NCBI GenBank assembly: GCA_040954595.2
Contig: CM082590.2
Span: 5,890,001 to 5,954,000 of the forward strand
Direction of reading: 5' to 3'
DNA: 64,000 nt
Origin: Balanoglossus misakiensis
Lineage: Eukaryota > Animalia > Hemichordata
The position numbers and the translations under genes were made by a program. The notes below the pieces were generated by a model that was given only the letters and a program-made list of their open reading frames with translations, was not told where the DNA came from and did no database searches. Positions 35,801-48,717 of the stretch are shown here, one piece after another (the first letter of the stretch is position 1; each line of letters begins with the position of its first letter).

Positions 35801-37661
35801 ACAAAATGTGCCAAAAGCGGAGTTTTATTAAAGCGCCTAGCTCGTCTGACACGCAAGTTCTAACTGTAGCCGCTGGTTACTGACGTTTAGTGAACAGTCA
35901 ATCCCATAAGGCAGTGCTCTGTCCTAACAACAGACAAGATGGCGGCGACCTTAATCTGTGTCGGAGATCGGGAAAAGACACCAGATTGGGTGAAAAGGGG
36001 GGACAAAACCAGAATCTACTTATACGGTGCGCATGATATATGGAAGGAAGCGAAAGCAGTCCACTATTTGAATGCATCGGACGGAAAATTTGCTGGGAAG
36101 TTACGCGCATGCGCGTGAGACGAGCTACGCGCTTTAGGGATGTACCTTCAGTAAAACTGAAAGTATTGTCATTTCTTTTAATTGTTGATTTTTGGATTCT
36201 CCTTTGTATGTATAATGAAAATCTGTAATAAAATATAGGGGTCACTGCGCTTGTTTTTGAAATACAGAGCCATGAATTAAGTCGATATTAGACGAAAACT
36301 GCTGACTCAGCATATCTCACCAATGGTTTGTCTATGGGGAAAATATTTAACGAAAATATATCTCAAAATTGAGCGCGGTGACCATATGATTTCATTTGAC
36401 CAATGAATTTATTTTTACTTGACTGAGCTATGTGTAATATTTCGTGGAAATGACAATAGTAGAAGTGAGTGTTCTAGCTATTCTCCGTGTAATCCTATGG
36501 AAAAAGATGAATTTCCAGTTTATGTTCTGCTCGTACATCCTTAAATTGTCGCCGCACTTGATTTTCCAATAGAGCTCTTCAGATATTTTCACCATAGGAA
36601 AACCACCGGAAGTACAAGAACAGAGCTTATTCAGCATTTTCCACAACCTTTAAGACCCCCCCCCCCTTAACTGAAAAAGTAGCATAGGAACACCCTGTTT
36701 TTTCTCTATATTTTAACATTCATTGATAAACAATTTCCAATAAAAATCAGAAAAATTACAATATTCCAACATTTGATTAGTCCGTTATAATTATTTTTTC
36801 TATTTTTGAAGTATTAAGACAATGCAGCACTGATTTAATTAGCCTCCATACAAACAGTACGCAGCTATCGTGTGTTTACCATTTTAATATTCATTTTGGT
36901 GAGATTTTTACTCTCATATCCTACAAACGGGATTGAAGTTGTGTGTGGTTGAACGTTGATTCACTTTATATCCACATGTAGAATAACATAAACGGTGTCT
37001 TGTATCAAACATAATTAATGGAAAAAGGGCAACGAGAGAGCGACTTTGTCCTGGGAGGTGTGTGTGGTTGAACGTTGATTCACTATATATCCACATGTAG
37101 AATAACATAAACAGTGTCTTGTATCAAACATAATTAATGGAAAAAGGGCAACAAGAGAGAGACTTTGTCCTGGGAGGTGTGTGTGGTTGAACGTTGATTC
37201 ACTATATATCCACATGTAGAATAACATAAACAGTGTCTTGTATCAAACATAATTAATGGAAAAAGGGCAACAAGAGAGAGACTTTGTCCTGGGAGGTGTG
37301 TGTGGTTGAACGTTGATTCACTATATATCCACATGTAGAATAACATAAACAGTGTCTTGTATCAAACATAATTAATGGAAAAAGGGCAACAAGAGAGAGA
37401 CTTTGTCCCTTTAATGGTATAATTGTTTTTTTTTTCTATTTTTAGAAAGCTTGCCAGGGTGAGAGAGTGGAATATGTAGTGCCGGAAAAGAAACCAGGAG
37501 ACGACGATAAGAAGGGACGGAAATCGGCCTCGGCGCGCGGAAGGAGCAAATCACCATCGAAATCAGCAAAGAGAAAATCCGGGAAGAAGTCCGGGAAGAA
37601 ATCCGGGAAAAAATCTGGAAAAAAATCCGGAAAGAAATCCGGAAAAAAGAAAAAGAAATAA
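32894..37661 (+). CDS. Small uncharacterised protein (~117 aa): N-terminal 9-Cys putative zinc-binding module and Lys/Ser-rich tail of SGKK repeats
   Basis: Exons 32894-32926 (MCRWGCTTTST, donor gtaagt), 35662-35766 (TYMCKWCGTRYCKECLRGDFTGEMSAPGRCRKCNQ; ttgcag/gtaagg) and 37446-37661 (KACQGERVEYVVPEKK...KSGKKSGKKKKK*; long T-tract + ag). All junctions are phase 0. Exon 1 is the least certain. Confidence 0.75.
33666..33848. mobile_element. Tc1/mariner-like MITE (TA|CAGTCAAACCTG...CAGGTTTGACTG|TA); relative at 48168-48348
   Basis: TA TSD and CAGT termini. Confidence 0.7.
34952..35572 (-). CDS. NHL-repeat beta-propeller ORF (TRIM2/3/71-type C-terminal region), probably 5'-incomplete, nested antisense in an intron
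   Basis: 206-aa uninterrupted ORF with NHL repeats (PRGIAIHP..GRVYVVD, HPVGISID..GKVFVSDQWNHRIQVFD, CPFGISHD.DGNVYVCDYSNHRVMKY, NPQGICV). AATAAA on the minus strand at 34848-34853. Possible acceptor ttttcag at 35563-35569. No RING or B-box exons found nearby. Confidence 0.8.
   Translation of the reverse strand: MFSEDGSIFTTDDSGKQVIVHDENGRVMRCFGKGVIQSPRGIAIHPVNGRVYVVDHGGHCVHIYNKNGDHYKSFGTYGQSQGQMYHPVGISIDAAGKVFVSDQWNHRIQVFDAEGGYLYNFGSHGSGDNQMSCPFGISHDSDGNVYVCDYSNHRVMKYESDGQFIGRIDSDDDRVGNPQGICVTDDKPFGNVIVSSWNGYVKVFAQ
36940..37413. repeat. 119-bp tandem repeat of the MITE A arm (~4 units, opposite orientation)
   Basis: gactttgtcctgggaggtgtgtgtgg recurs with period 119; the array ends in gtccctTTAA. 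Confidence 0.9.
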
Positions 37662-37717
37662 TCCAGCAAAATCATACAAAGGACTAATGTTTCCCCCTAA
37701 AATCATGACATTTTCAA

Positions 37718-38057
37718 TTAAAGGGACAAAGTCTCTCGTTTCCCTTTCCCATAATTATGTTTGATACAAGACACCGTTTATGTTATTCTACATGTGGATA
37801 TATAGTGAATCAATGTTCAACCACACACAACTTCCATCCCGTTTACAGGATATGAGAGTGAAAATCTCGCTAAAATGAATAAACGCTAGAGACCAATTAT
37901 TCAGTTTTTCACTCTCGTGTCTACAAGTGGGATGGAAGTTGTGTGTGGTTGAACGTTGATTCACTAGATATCCACATGTTGAATAACATAAACGCTGTCT
38001 TGTATCAAATATAATAAATGGAAAAAGGGCAGCGCGAGAGACACTTTGTCCCTTTAA
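37718..38057. mobile_element. MITE family A just downstream of the small gene's stop codon
   Basis: TTAA-flanked family A termini. Confidence 0.8.
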
Positions 38058-38829
38058 TAACAATTAGATTTTTTTCGAAGATTACAAAAGAATGTTCTTA
38101 TATACAGAAGCTACAAGCCTCAACTTTTTTCTGAAAAAGCAAAGCATTTACCATAAATAAGTATTTATAAAGTTTAGAAGCTTTATTCTTGCTAAGAGAA
38201 TTTTCCTTGGCTGCTTGAGTTCTGTAGTTTTAGTACCTGATTTATAGCAAAACAGAAAAATAATGAATTTCGGAGATCTATACAGCCAATCAGCCAATTT
38301 TTGTTGTCAGTAAAATTAAATGAATCAGGGTTGGCCCAAAGTTTAACTGCTACAATGTACATCTTTATAAACAATGTAGTTAATGCTGTTTCAATCTCTA
38401 GTGGTATGTAGATTCATTTTAGCTTGAAAGCCAACATTTAACCCTTTCACCCCCCCCCCCCCCCCCCCCAAGTTCCGTCTTTAGAGGGCCAACCTTAACA
38501 TAGAAAACAATTGGTTTGGACCGAAGGATGATGGTGACAGTATGGTCTGAACTGAAGAAATGTGAATAAAAAGATTACACAATATTCTTGCAAAAAAGAA
38601 CTTTTACAAAAAAATGAAAAAGGTTCATTTTTTAGACTAAGATCACAAAACCATGATTCTTATTTTCTACCACTTTTGCAATCAAACAGGTCTTAAAATA
38701 AATTTAAAAATAAGCTGGGCTTTTTGTACTAATTCTTGTGACAATATTTTTTGTAAATTTTATATTTATTATGAAATCTCTCAGATGGCAATTATCTGTA
38801 TATTTGTGATAATTAATTAACTCTTGCCA

Positions 38830-39193
38830 TTAAAGGGACAAAGTCTCTCTCTCGCTGCCCTTTTTCCATTAATTATGTTTGATACAAGACACTGGTTATG
38901 TTATTCTACATGTGGATATATAGTGAATCAACGTTCGACCACACACAATGACACAACTTACATCCTGTTTGTAGGATATGAGAGCAAAAATCTCGCCAAA
39001 ATGAATAAATGGTAAACATCAATTATTCATTTTGGCGAGTTTTTTCACTCTCGTGTCTACAAGTTGGATGGAAGGTGTGTGTGGTCGAACGTTGATTCGC
39101 TATATATCCACATGTAGAATAACATAAACAGTGTCTTGTATCAATCATAATTAATGGAAAAAGGGCAGCGAGAGAGAGACTTTGTCCCTTTAA
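38830..39193. mobile_element. MITE family A
   Basis: TTAA-flanked family A termini. Confidence 0.85.
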
Positions 39194-39344
39194 TATTATT
39201 TTTTTTAAATGCCCAAAAGCTGTAGTGCTTATGGCAATCACTGAGAATTGTTGAAAACTTAAAGGGCAAGTGTCGTCCAACCTGCAGCTGTGAGTATGGG
39301 TCCCATATGCCACAGTTGGTAGCAAGTCAATATAGGAGCAATGT

Positions 39345-39640
39345 GTAACTGCTACAATGTAAATCACAACAAACAATGTGTTGTTACTTTGTAATACATT
39401 GTACATCATTGCAAGCAATGTGGTTGTTACGTTGTATTACATTTGTACACTGTAGTGTAACTGCTACAATGTACATCATTGCAAACAATGTGGTTGTTAC
39501 TTTGTATTACACTGTAGTGTAACTGCTACAATGTACATCATTGCAAACAATGTGGTTGTTACTTTGTATTACACTGTAGTGTAACTGCTACAATGTACAT
39601 CATTGCAAACAATGTGGTTGTTACTTTGTAATACATTGTT
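39345..39640. repeat. 62-bp minisatellite (~4 units)
   Basis: gtaactgctacaatgtacatcattgcaaacaatgtgg at 39457, 39519 and 39581. Confidence 0.85.
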
Positions 39641-41809
39641 ACTTTTTATCACATTCATATTTATTTTATACAATATGTATTGGTTGGCAAGGTGTCCCTT
39701 ACAGTTGTTACAATGCAGATGGGTGTGTTTATAAACAGAAAAGTTACACATGAGCATTATAGAGGACCATACACCCCATTGAGGATGTAAGGTAATACTG
39801 GCCTATATTTTTGTACAGTTGTATTAAAGACTCTAGAGCTGCCACTTTGTGCATTAATTTTCGTGATTTTTCAACTCAAATTAGTCCATCTAAATAAGCT
39901 TACTGATAGGTATACATGCATGAACACCTTATAGATGCCTGATTGTGGCTGTATGTAGCGATTTGAAAATGCTATGTATTAAACAGTTGCTGCACCGATT
40001 TAATCAGCCTCCATACAAACAGTACGCAGCTATCGTGGTATGCGTCGCCAAGAGATGACAAACTGATGCAAATGCAACTAATATGGCTTAATGGTGAGGA
40101 CTTTAGAGGATAGGGAATAGATTTGAAGTATTTCACTGTGGAAAAAATATGTGAAATTTGGCAGCTATAGGGGCTTTAAATTGTACTGGTTGTTACTTTG
40201 TATTACATTGTATATCACCGCAAACAATAAATTGTTACTTTTTATCAGATTTCCAATTTAATTTGATATAACATGTATCCATTGGCTGGGTCTCCCAGAA
40301 CAGTGGGAACAATACTGGCTAAGGTGTGTTTATGAACACCAAAGTTGCACATGAGCAGTTCGGACGACATTCCCCCTTTAAGTGAACAAAATAACGATAA
40401 CATGCAATTTACCAGTACTATATTTACAAAATGTAATACATTTAAAGAGCGGCTTGTATTTTTATGAGCACTTTAATCAGGACATTAAAATCTTACAGGG
40501 GTCATTTCTAGAAGATAATTGTACAGTTTCAAGTTGTCTGATGTAGTAGGAAAAAGGGGGTATTCTGTGGAAGTAATAATTATGCCAAATTCTCTTCTAT
40601 TGTCCTGTGTAATAGTTTGTAAGGCCATAGTAAGTAAATTCTTTGTTTTGCTTCCACACACACACACACAAATTTGCCTTCATTTGCAGTTTTGCCATGC
40701 TATATGTATATTCCTGAAGTGATTTGACATGACCATTTTACATTGCCAAGTGGTTCTATGGCTGTCCTATGACTGCACAAAGGGTTTCCTGTGAAGTAAT
40801 AATTATGCCAAATTCACTTCTGTTGTCTTGTGTAATACATGTAGTTTGTAAGGCCATAGAAAGTAAATTATTTGTTTTGCATCCGCTAAAAATTCTGAAT
40901 GGTAGGCGGCTAATTTGTTAAAACACACACAAATTTACCTTCATTGACAGTTTTGCCATGCTATATGCATGTCGCTGTAGTAATCTGACATGGCCATTTT
41001 ACATTGTCAAGTAGTTCTATGGCTGTCATGTGACTGCACAATGAAGTATGTTGCTGCAATGTGAAAGTCATGGCTTGTTTTTGTGACACGAGAAAAATTT
41101 CCCAAGAAAAATTTGTATGTGTTTTTCTAGAAAACCACTGAAAACCTACATGCACGTGGACGCAAAACAAAGAATTTACATACTTTGGCTTCGGCCAAAA
41201 ATATATGTGCTATTCCGATTACATGGTTTTCAAAAATTGGTTAGGTAGGTAGGGAAATGTTTTTTTATTTTGCAATTTTTTTTTATTTCTTTGGCTGCCG
41301 TAGTGTACCAGGTAGAAGAATGATGTCATAGTTCTTGCGTAATTATCGCATTTTTCATAAATTTTGTATATTTGAGATCGTTATTTTTACTTCCAGTTTA
41401 CGAAGCTCTAAAAAGTTTTAGGGTCGGTGGATTGAAATTAGGGTAGGTCGGGTAATCGGAACAGAACATTTTCTTATTTTGATTTCTCTTAATTGTATTT
41501 CAGGACTTAAAGATTTGTGGTCACTGAAATAACCCCACAGAAAGCACTACAAAGTTATCCAGCTAGTTTAAATAAAGACGATTACAAATATTCCAATGAT
41601 GTCACTTAGTTGTTTGTTGTTTGTTTTTTGAAGGTTTTTTTTCTGTGAGATGGTTTCTGCAATCAGACATGTTCTCCATGGAAACATATTGTCATTCAAA
41701 ACTGTAAAGAATAGATGATTCTCTATTCGAAAAGACATTTCCGTTTTTGGACCAAAATTCCTCGATACTGTGTGATTAAATGCATTTGTGATCTCCAATT
41801 CTGGCTGCC

Positions 41810-42557
41810 TTAAAGGGAAGGGGTCGTCGCGCCGTGTGGGTGTCCCCCTTGATGAGAATATGCCCTCCCATACCAGCACAAACCCCACTGCAGTCGCCAC
41901 GACCTACTAGGATCTTCAGTTGCTGTCATGCCCAGTCTACGATAAAGGGAAGGGGTCGTCGCGCCGCGTGGGTGTCCCCCTTGATGAGAATATGTCCTCC
42001 CATACCAGCACAAACCCCACTGCAGTTGCCACGACCTACTAGGATCTCCAGTTGCTGTCATGCCCAGTCTACGATAAAGGGAAGGGGTCGTCGCGCCGCG
42101 TGGGTGTCCCCCTTGATGAGAATATGTCCTCCCATACCAGCACAAACCTCACTGCAGTCGCCACGACCTACTAGGATCTTCAGTTGCTGTCATGCCCAGT
42201 CTACGATAAAGGGAAGGGGTCGTCGCGCCGCGTGGGTGTCCCCCTTGATGAGAATATGTCCTCCCATACCAGCACAAACCCCACTGCAGTTGCCACGACC
42301 TACTAGGATCTCCAGTTGCTGTCATGCCCAGTCTACGATAAAGGGAAGGGGTCGTCGCGCCGCGTGGGTGTCCCCCTTGATGAGAATATGTCCTCCCATA
42401 CCAGCACAAACCCCACTGCAGTTGCCACGACCTACTAGGATCTCCAGTTGCTGTCATACCCAGTCTACGCTATGGTTAAATGTAAATTCAGAGATTTGTG
42501 GATGAATTGTAATGTTAATAAACAAACAAACGCGGCGCGACGACCGCTTCCCTTTAA
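41810..42557. repeat. Kolobok-like MITE (AGGGAAGGGGTC termini) whose left 132 bp is repeated 5 times in tandem
   Basis: taaagggaaggggtcgtcgcgccg at 41811, 41943, 42075, 42207 and 42339; right end cgcggcgcgacgaccgcttccctTTAA. Confidence 0.92.
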
Positions 42558-42903
42558 ATAGTTGTTCACTTTGTGTTAGAGGGTTAAATCACATTACAAT
42601 AATTGCATTGTGATTGACTTGAACGATGTCCGAGTCAAGATCACATGGTGACCTCGTTGCCTAGGCAGCGAATTTTGACTTCTATTGACATGCAAACTTT
42701 CAGAAACGACGACAGTAGACTGCACTTCCAGACTGTCTGTGGGTAAGTCTATCTAAAACACACTGCAGTCTGGATAGCAGAGTAGGTCCAAGCATAGTCT
42801 TGCTCCAAGACCATGTGATACTGAAATGCGCGTCTGCGTTACGTATAGAACGTCCTGTGGACGCGACGCTAATCACACAGTCTTGCCGATTCTGTAAACG
42901 CCC

Positions 42904-43096
42904 TTAAAGGTATACGGTCACCTATGCAAATTTAGCCACAGTTACCATGGTAAATTAGGATCTAGCCAATCGCTGATTTTCAGTGGGTGGCACACGTGAA
43001 AAAGAGAGCGCCACCATATGTTCTTTATAATGCTCAAATACGCCATTTCAGCCATATATGGGCGAATGTAAATTGGAGGTGACTGTATACCTTTAA
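42904..43096. mobile_element. Kolobok-like MITE (AGGTATACGGTCACCT TIR); longer relative at ~59666-60146
   Basis: TTAA aggtatacggtcacct...aggtgactgtatacct TTAA. Confidence 0.75.
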
Positions 43097-43671
43097 GTGG
43101 TTTTACCAGATTTTGGTAAGTAGCGGAGAACATTCGAACTTCATATGTCTGTCAATCAAATTAGCGTCGCGTCAACATGATGTTCTATACGCGTACATAC
43201 CACGTATAGAATACGCATTTTTGGACGTTATCGCGAGCTTGTGTGCGCTTCTAGATGTTCTATATGCGAATTAACGCCACTCATGAATATTCAATCATAC
43301 AAATATATGTGTACAGAAATGTAGAACGCGTCGTATGAAAGTTCTATTTCTTATCGACAGCGACTGCCTATAGAGTCTAGTCCAAGCACAGTAAACAATG
43401 TGTTCGAACCAAACCATGTCGGTGAAAGGGTTTACTGGTAATATCTGTGCATCTATTGACAAGATTCACCATCTATGCTGAAAGAAATCTTTAATATCCT
43501 AATATGCAATATTTGTGCACATATCAAATGTATAAATAAACCATCCTAATAGTGACGACACTTGTAAATAATTAAAAGATACATGAAATGATACAATTTC
43601 TTAACTTTCCTAAAATGTTTTCAAAAGTATCTGTTCAGTGATATCATCCAAAATTATATACAATGTTAACT

Positions 43672-44002
43672 TTAAAGGGACAAAGTCTGTCCCACACTGC
43701 CCTTTTACCAGTAATTATGTTTGATACAAGATACTGTACATGTGTATTTGTACTGAACAAATGTTCGACCACACGCAACTTCCATCCCACTCGTATGATA
43801 TGAGAGTAATAACTCACCCAAAATAAATAAATGGTAGACACTGATAATTTATTTTGGCTAGTTTTTCACTCTAATATCTACAAGCGGGATGGAAGGTGTG
43901 TGTGGTTGAACATTGATTCACAATAGAATAACATAAATGGTGTCTGGTATCAAACATAATTATTGGAAAAAGGACAGCGAGAGAGAGACTTTGTCCCTTT
44001 AA
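43672..44002. mobile_element. MITE family A
   Basis: TTAA-flanked family A termini. Confidence 0.8.
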
Positions 44003-44841
44003 ACAGAAGATAGCTTATCGGACAGAAAATAAGTTCTTTGACAGAGATCATTTCAATCACTGAACCTAAATTGACTATTAATTGTGCCAAATATGTTCTG
44101 ATAAATTGATTGTAACTGTAAATAACTGTAAATTACAATAGAACTGTTTCAAGGGCAACGATCATCTTATGCGCATGTGACAAACCAGAGACTCTGGTTA
44201 AAAAGACTGTATAAAAACAGACAAGATATCGGCGACCATAGTCTGTGTCGGAGATTGGGAAAAGCAAACTGGATGAAAAGAATGGTTAGGGTTGTCATTT
44301 CCAGATGACGGTCAAAAAATATTTTGGAGTATTTTGTACTTTAGAACCGCCAGACTTATAACATGTATCGGGTATGGTGCCCCATCAGCCTCATGGCGTT
44401 TCGTCTGCACAGTCTTTGTCTGCACCACGTTGTTGAAGTTGCCCGACATCTGGAAATTTGAATCCCAACGTAACCGCGCCTGAGCGCGTCGGACGTCATT
44501 TGATATCGAAAAATATAATGCACATGAAATATGGAAGGAAGCATATGCAGTCCACTATTTGAATGTGTCGAATGCATAATTTGCAAAACACTTGGATTAG
44601 GCTAAATGTTTGTACACATGAAATTACATGCATGTGCATATCAAAGACGATCGTTGCCCTTTAAAATTTAACCCCAACTTTGCAAAATTTGGTCAACTCA
44701 CTGTGTGAGGTCGCAATTTCTCCCCATGTATATAGCGCAGTCTGGCAAGAAGTTAAATCCCTTGAATGCCATATTTACAGTCAAAACTTTGGTGCATCAT
44801 TTTTGTCATTTTTACACATTTTCCCCAATTTTTTCCCTTAC

Positions 44842-45173
44842 AGGGACAAAGTCTCTCTCTCGCTGTCCCTTTTTCATTGATTATGTTTTATACAACATGT
44901 GGATATATAGTGAATCCAAGTTCGACCACACACAACTTCCATCCCATTTGTAGGATATGATAGTAATAATCTCGACAAAATGAATAAATGGTAGAGACCG
45001 ATTATTCATTTTGGCTAATTTCACTTTCGTGTCTACAAGTGGGATGGAAGTTGTGTGTGGTTGAACATTAATTCACTATATATATCCATATGTAGATATA
45101 ACATAAACAGTGTCTTGTATCAAACATAATTAATGGAAAAAAGGGCATCGAGAGAGAGACTTTGTCGCTTTAA
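44842..45173. mobile_element. MITE family A
   Basis: Family A termini; right TTAA present. Confidence 0.8.
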
Positions 45174-46791
45174 TTCTAGAAGTAGTAATTATTTCCCATT
45201 GCCTGCAGGTCTTGATCAAAATTTACATGAAAATATGCTAAAAGTTACGAAATTTCTGAAAAATGGCAAGTTGACTATGGCGTTCAAAGTGTTAACAGGA
45301 CAATATATAACTATAACTTTAACTATTTTTTTTTCATCCCCGGGTTCTTTTTCTATTTCCAGATACATGTAATATGTTGAAATTCTGTTTACCTGTACAT
45401 GTGCAACAACTACTGTTATTGTCGACAATAAATTCAAGTCCAGACTTGAAATAATTTTTTCCACAATAACAGTGCTGATATTTACTCTCATTCTACTAAC
45501 GGGATGGAAGTTGTGTGCTGTCAAACATTGATAATTTTTATATCCACACGTTGAATAACATAAATAGTGTCTTGTAAGTTGTACCAAACATTATTCATGG
45601 AAAAAGGGCAGCGAGAGAGAGACTTTGTCCCTTTAACCTTAAAGTGTAGTCTCTGCTTTGCTTACTATCAATCCTGGTTCAACATTCCCTTTCTGGTAAA
45701 TGAATAAAATAATTCTGCCTTGGTCTATAAATATTTAATATATCTCTCATTATCTGTAATATTTTCTTAATATTAGATGGATATATGAATATTTTACATC
45801 TTTTCTTAAATCTTTAACATATATTTTGTATAAGTTGTTTAAAGCGCGTAGCTCGTCTCACGCGCATGCGCGTAACTTCCCAGCAAATTTTCCGTTTGAT
45901 GCATTCAAATAGTGGACTGTTCCCCCTTTTCACCCAAGCTGGTGTCTTTTCCCGATCTCCGACACAGATTATGGTCGCCATCTTGTCTGTTGTTAGGACA
46001 GAGCACTGCCTTATGGGATTGACTGTCCACTAAACGTCTGTAACCAGCGGCTACAGCTGGAACATGCGTGCGAGACGAGCTAGGCGCTTTAAATCTTTAA
46101 CATATATTTTGTATAAGTTGTTTAAAAGATATTTTATGTGTGATCTTAATTTTTATAGGTTAATAAATAAACACTTTAATTTGAATAGTAAGATATAAAA
46201 TTTAACTCAATTGAATGTTTTACTTTTTTAAAGAGGAAAGTCCTTTCAACTGTCTGACAGCATTATTAAGTTTTACCATTTGACCCTGACACCCCCATTT
46301 ACCACTTAAGAGGTCCAACTTTGGCATTGGACATAATGGTTTGGATCGAACTATGATGGCGAAAGGGTTAAAACAAAGTCAAGCCAAGCAAAGATAAAAC
46401 CAAGCTACACAATAGAACAGATGTGTCCCTCATTACTGTAAAACGGGTTATTTTCGCGACAGGAAATTTTTTGCGATATCGAAAGAGGCGACTGTCACGC
46501 GAGGATTAATTTTCGCATTCTCGTATTTGATTTACTACATCGTTCGTTCATATCTCTGAATTTACGTGATTTTTTTATTTTTTCATGTTTTTTTTTGGCC
46601 CGCGTAAATAATAACTCATTTTACAGTGTTACAATCAAAATGGACTAAGGTGCACAAAGGGATGTACTGATAATTGATTTTGTAAATCTGCTTCTGTCAG
46701 ATCGTCTATGCAGATTCGATGTGGGACCTGCAAAAATTTATCGTTGTGACAATTTCCCGTATTACACAATTTCTATTTTCTTGTGTTCATC

Positions 46792-47219
46792 ATAGTCTCG
46801 GTTACCCAGAGCCCTCTGCTTCTTCCGTTGGGCACTCCAGAAAGAGGGTCTGAGGAAACCCGGTAGACAAACCGTCAGGCGGAATCGGGACAGCTGCGAT
46901 GCATGACGGGAGCTTAATATTCGATACGATATTATGATATGACGATATTAGAAAACTATTTACCAAACTTCTCTCTCTCTTTTCAATTTGTATACAGTTT
47001 TAGCAGGTCTAGCACTTCTCAGCATGTTTTCTTTATCGTATGTCATACATGTCGGCCGTGAGGTTCGCGCGCAGGACGTCGCCATTTTGGAATATTAATC
47101 TCCCGTCATGCATCGCAGCTGTCCCGAGTCGGCCTGGCGATTTGTCTACCGGGTTTCCCCAGACCCTCTTTCTGGAGTGCCCAACGGAAGAAGCAGAGGG
47201 CTCTGGGTAACCGAGACTA
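46792..47219. mobile_element. Foldback element with ~120-bp TIRs (TAGTCTCGGTTACCCAGA); degenerate relative at ~17092-17598
   Basis: tagtctcggttacccagagccctctgcttcttcc...ggaagaagcagagggctctgggtaaccgagacta. Confidence 0.8.
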
Positions 47220-47680
47220 GTGTTCATCAGAGCAATCGATGGTCAGTACATTTCTTCTGTGCAGCTCATACTGTTTTCATTGTAAAACCACCATCTATAA
47301 AAATTCTCATGGGACTTCTCAGAAATCTCAAAGTTATAACTGACAGAGCGAGAATGCCGTTATGATGGCTGTTTTTTTTTAGCATTATCAGTTTATCATC
47401 ATGTATGACAAAATAAATACTTAAAAAAAAACTGAAGTGAAAAGATTACATAAATATGTAAATATAAACTACAAACAATGTGCCTGTAAAATGTTATCTA
47501 CAAATAAAAACCTTATCTCTTTTACTTCGTGTAAATAACAATCTGATTAAAATTAGATGTAGGGTACGGTGATGTCTTTTACTTACGTGGTACGGTATTC
47601 TTATGCTGTATGTCGACTCACACTTAAAAACACAAACGTACCACGTAAGTAAAAGATGTTGCCGTTTCCTACGTCTGATT

Positions 47681-48047
47681 TTAAAGGGACACAGTCTCTC
47701 TCTCTCGTTGCCCTTTTTCCATTAATTATGTTTGATACAAGACACTGTTTGTGTTATTCTACATGTGGATGTATAGTGAATCAATGTTCGACCACACACA
47801 CATTCCATCCCAATTGTAGACACGAAAGACAAAAGTGATAAAACTCGTCAAAATGAATAATCATTCTCTACTATTTATTCATTTTGGGCGAGATTTTACT
47901 CTCATATCATACAAGCGGGATGGAAGTTCTGTGTGGTTGAATTTCATTCACTACATATATTACACATATACACTAACATAAACGGTGTCTTGCATCAAAC
48001 ATAATTTATGGAAAAGGGGCAGCGAGAGAGAGACTTTGTCCCTTTAA
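47681..48047. mobile_element. MITE family A inserted into the right TIR of an AATCTGATTAAAA foldback element (starting ~47539)
   Basis: Host TIR ctacgtctgatt|TTAA|tcagat is split by the insertion. Confidence 0.8.
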
Positions 48048-48717
48048 TCAGATAGTGTAAATATGTAAACCAACGATGACTTTTTTAAAAGTTTACTGTC
48101 AGTTAGAATTCAATGCAGACGAAAAAACTTTTCCAATGCAACCTATGATCTGATATGGAACACATCTACAGTAAAACCTGTCTAAACCGAACACCAAAGG
48201 GACTGAAGAAATTTTTCGGTTTGCAGAGGTGTCCGGTTTATAGAGGTTCTCTTAACATGTGGTCCTATGTCAAAGGGACAGGAAAATGTGTTCGGTGTGG
48301 ACAGGTGTCCAGATTAGACAGGGTTGCGTTTAGGCAGGTTTTACTGTATCATGAACATGACACCCCTCCCCCACCCCCAATGAAGAAAACCCCCTGCACA
48401 AACTCTGTTGGTAGACAGTGATTAAAATAACAATGACAAAGTGCGGCTGATATTTGCCCCTCTTATAAACAACTGATGTCTTTCTATACAATTTCGTGAG
48501 TTGACCAAGATATTCACACTTTGGTTATAACCCCCCCTAACTTTGGCTCAATGATATACGCAAAGTTCTGGTAGATATTACACTTAATGGTATATTTAAA
48601 TATTCATGAGCAAACGCATCATTGGCATTAGCCTATCACTGAAAGTCTCTTTAATACAGTGTATGCTTACTCAGTTACTGTCATTATCATCATGAAACAC
48701 CCCTTCTGATTGGACCT

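Noticed and set aside
41810-42505. 223-aa repetitive ORF
   Set aside because: The 132-bp unit is a multiple of 3 and comes from a MITE that is monomeric elsewhere.
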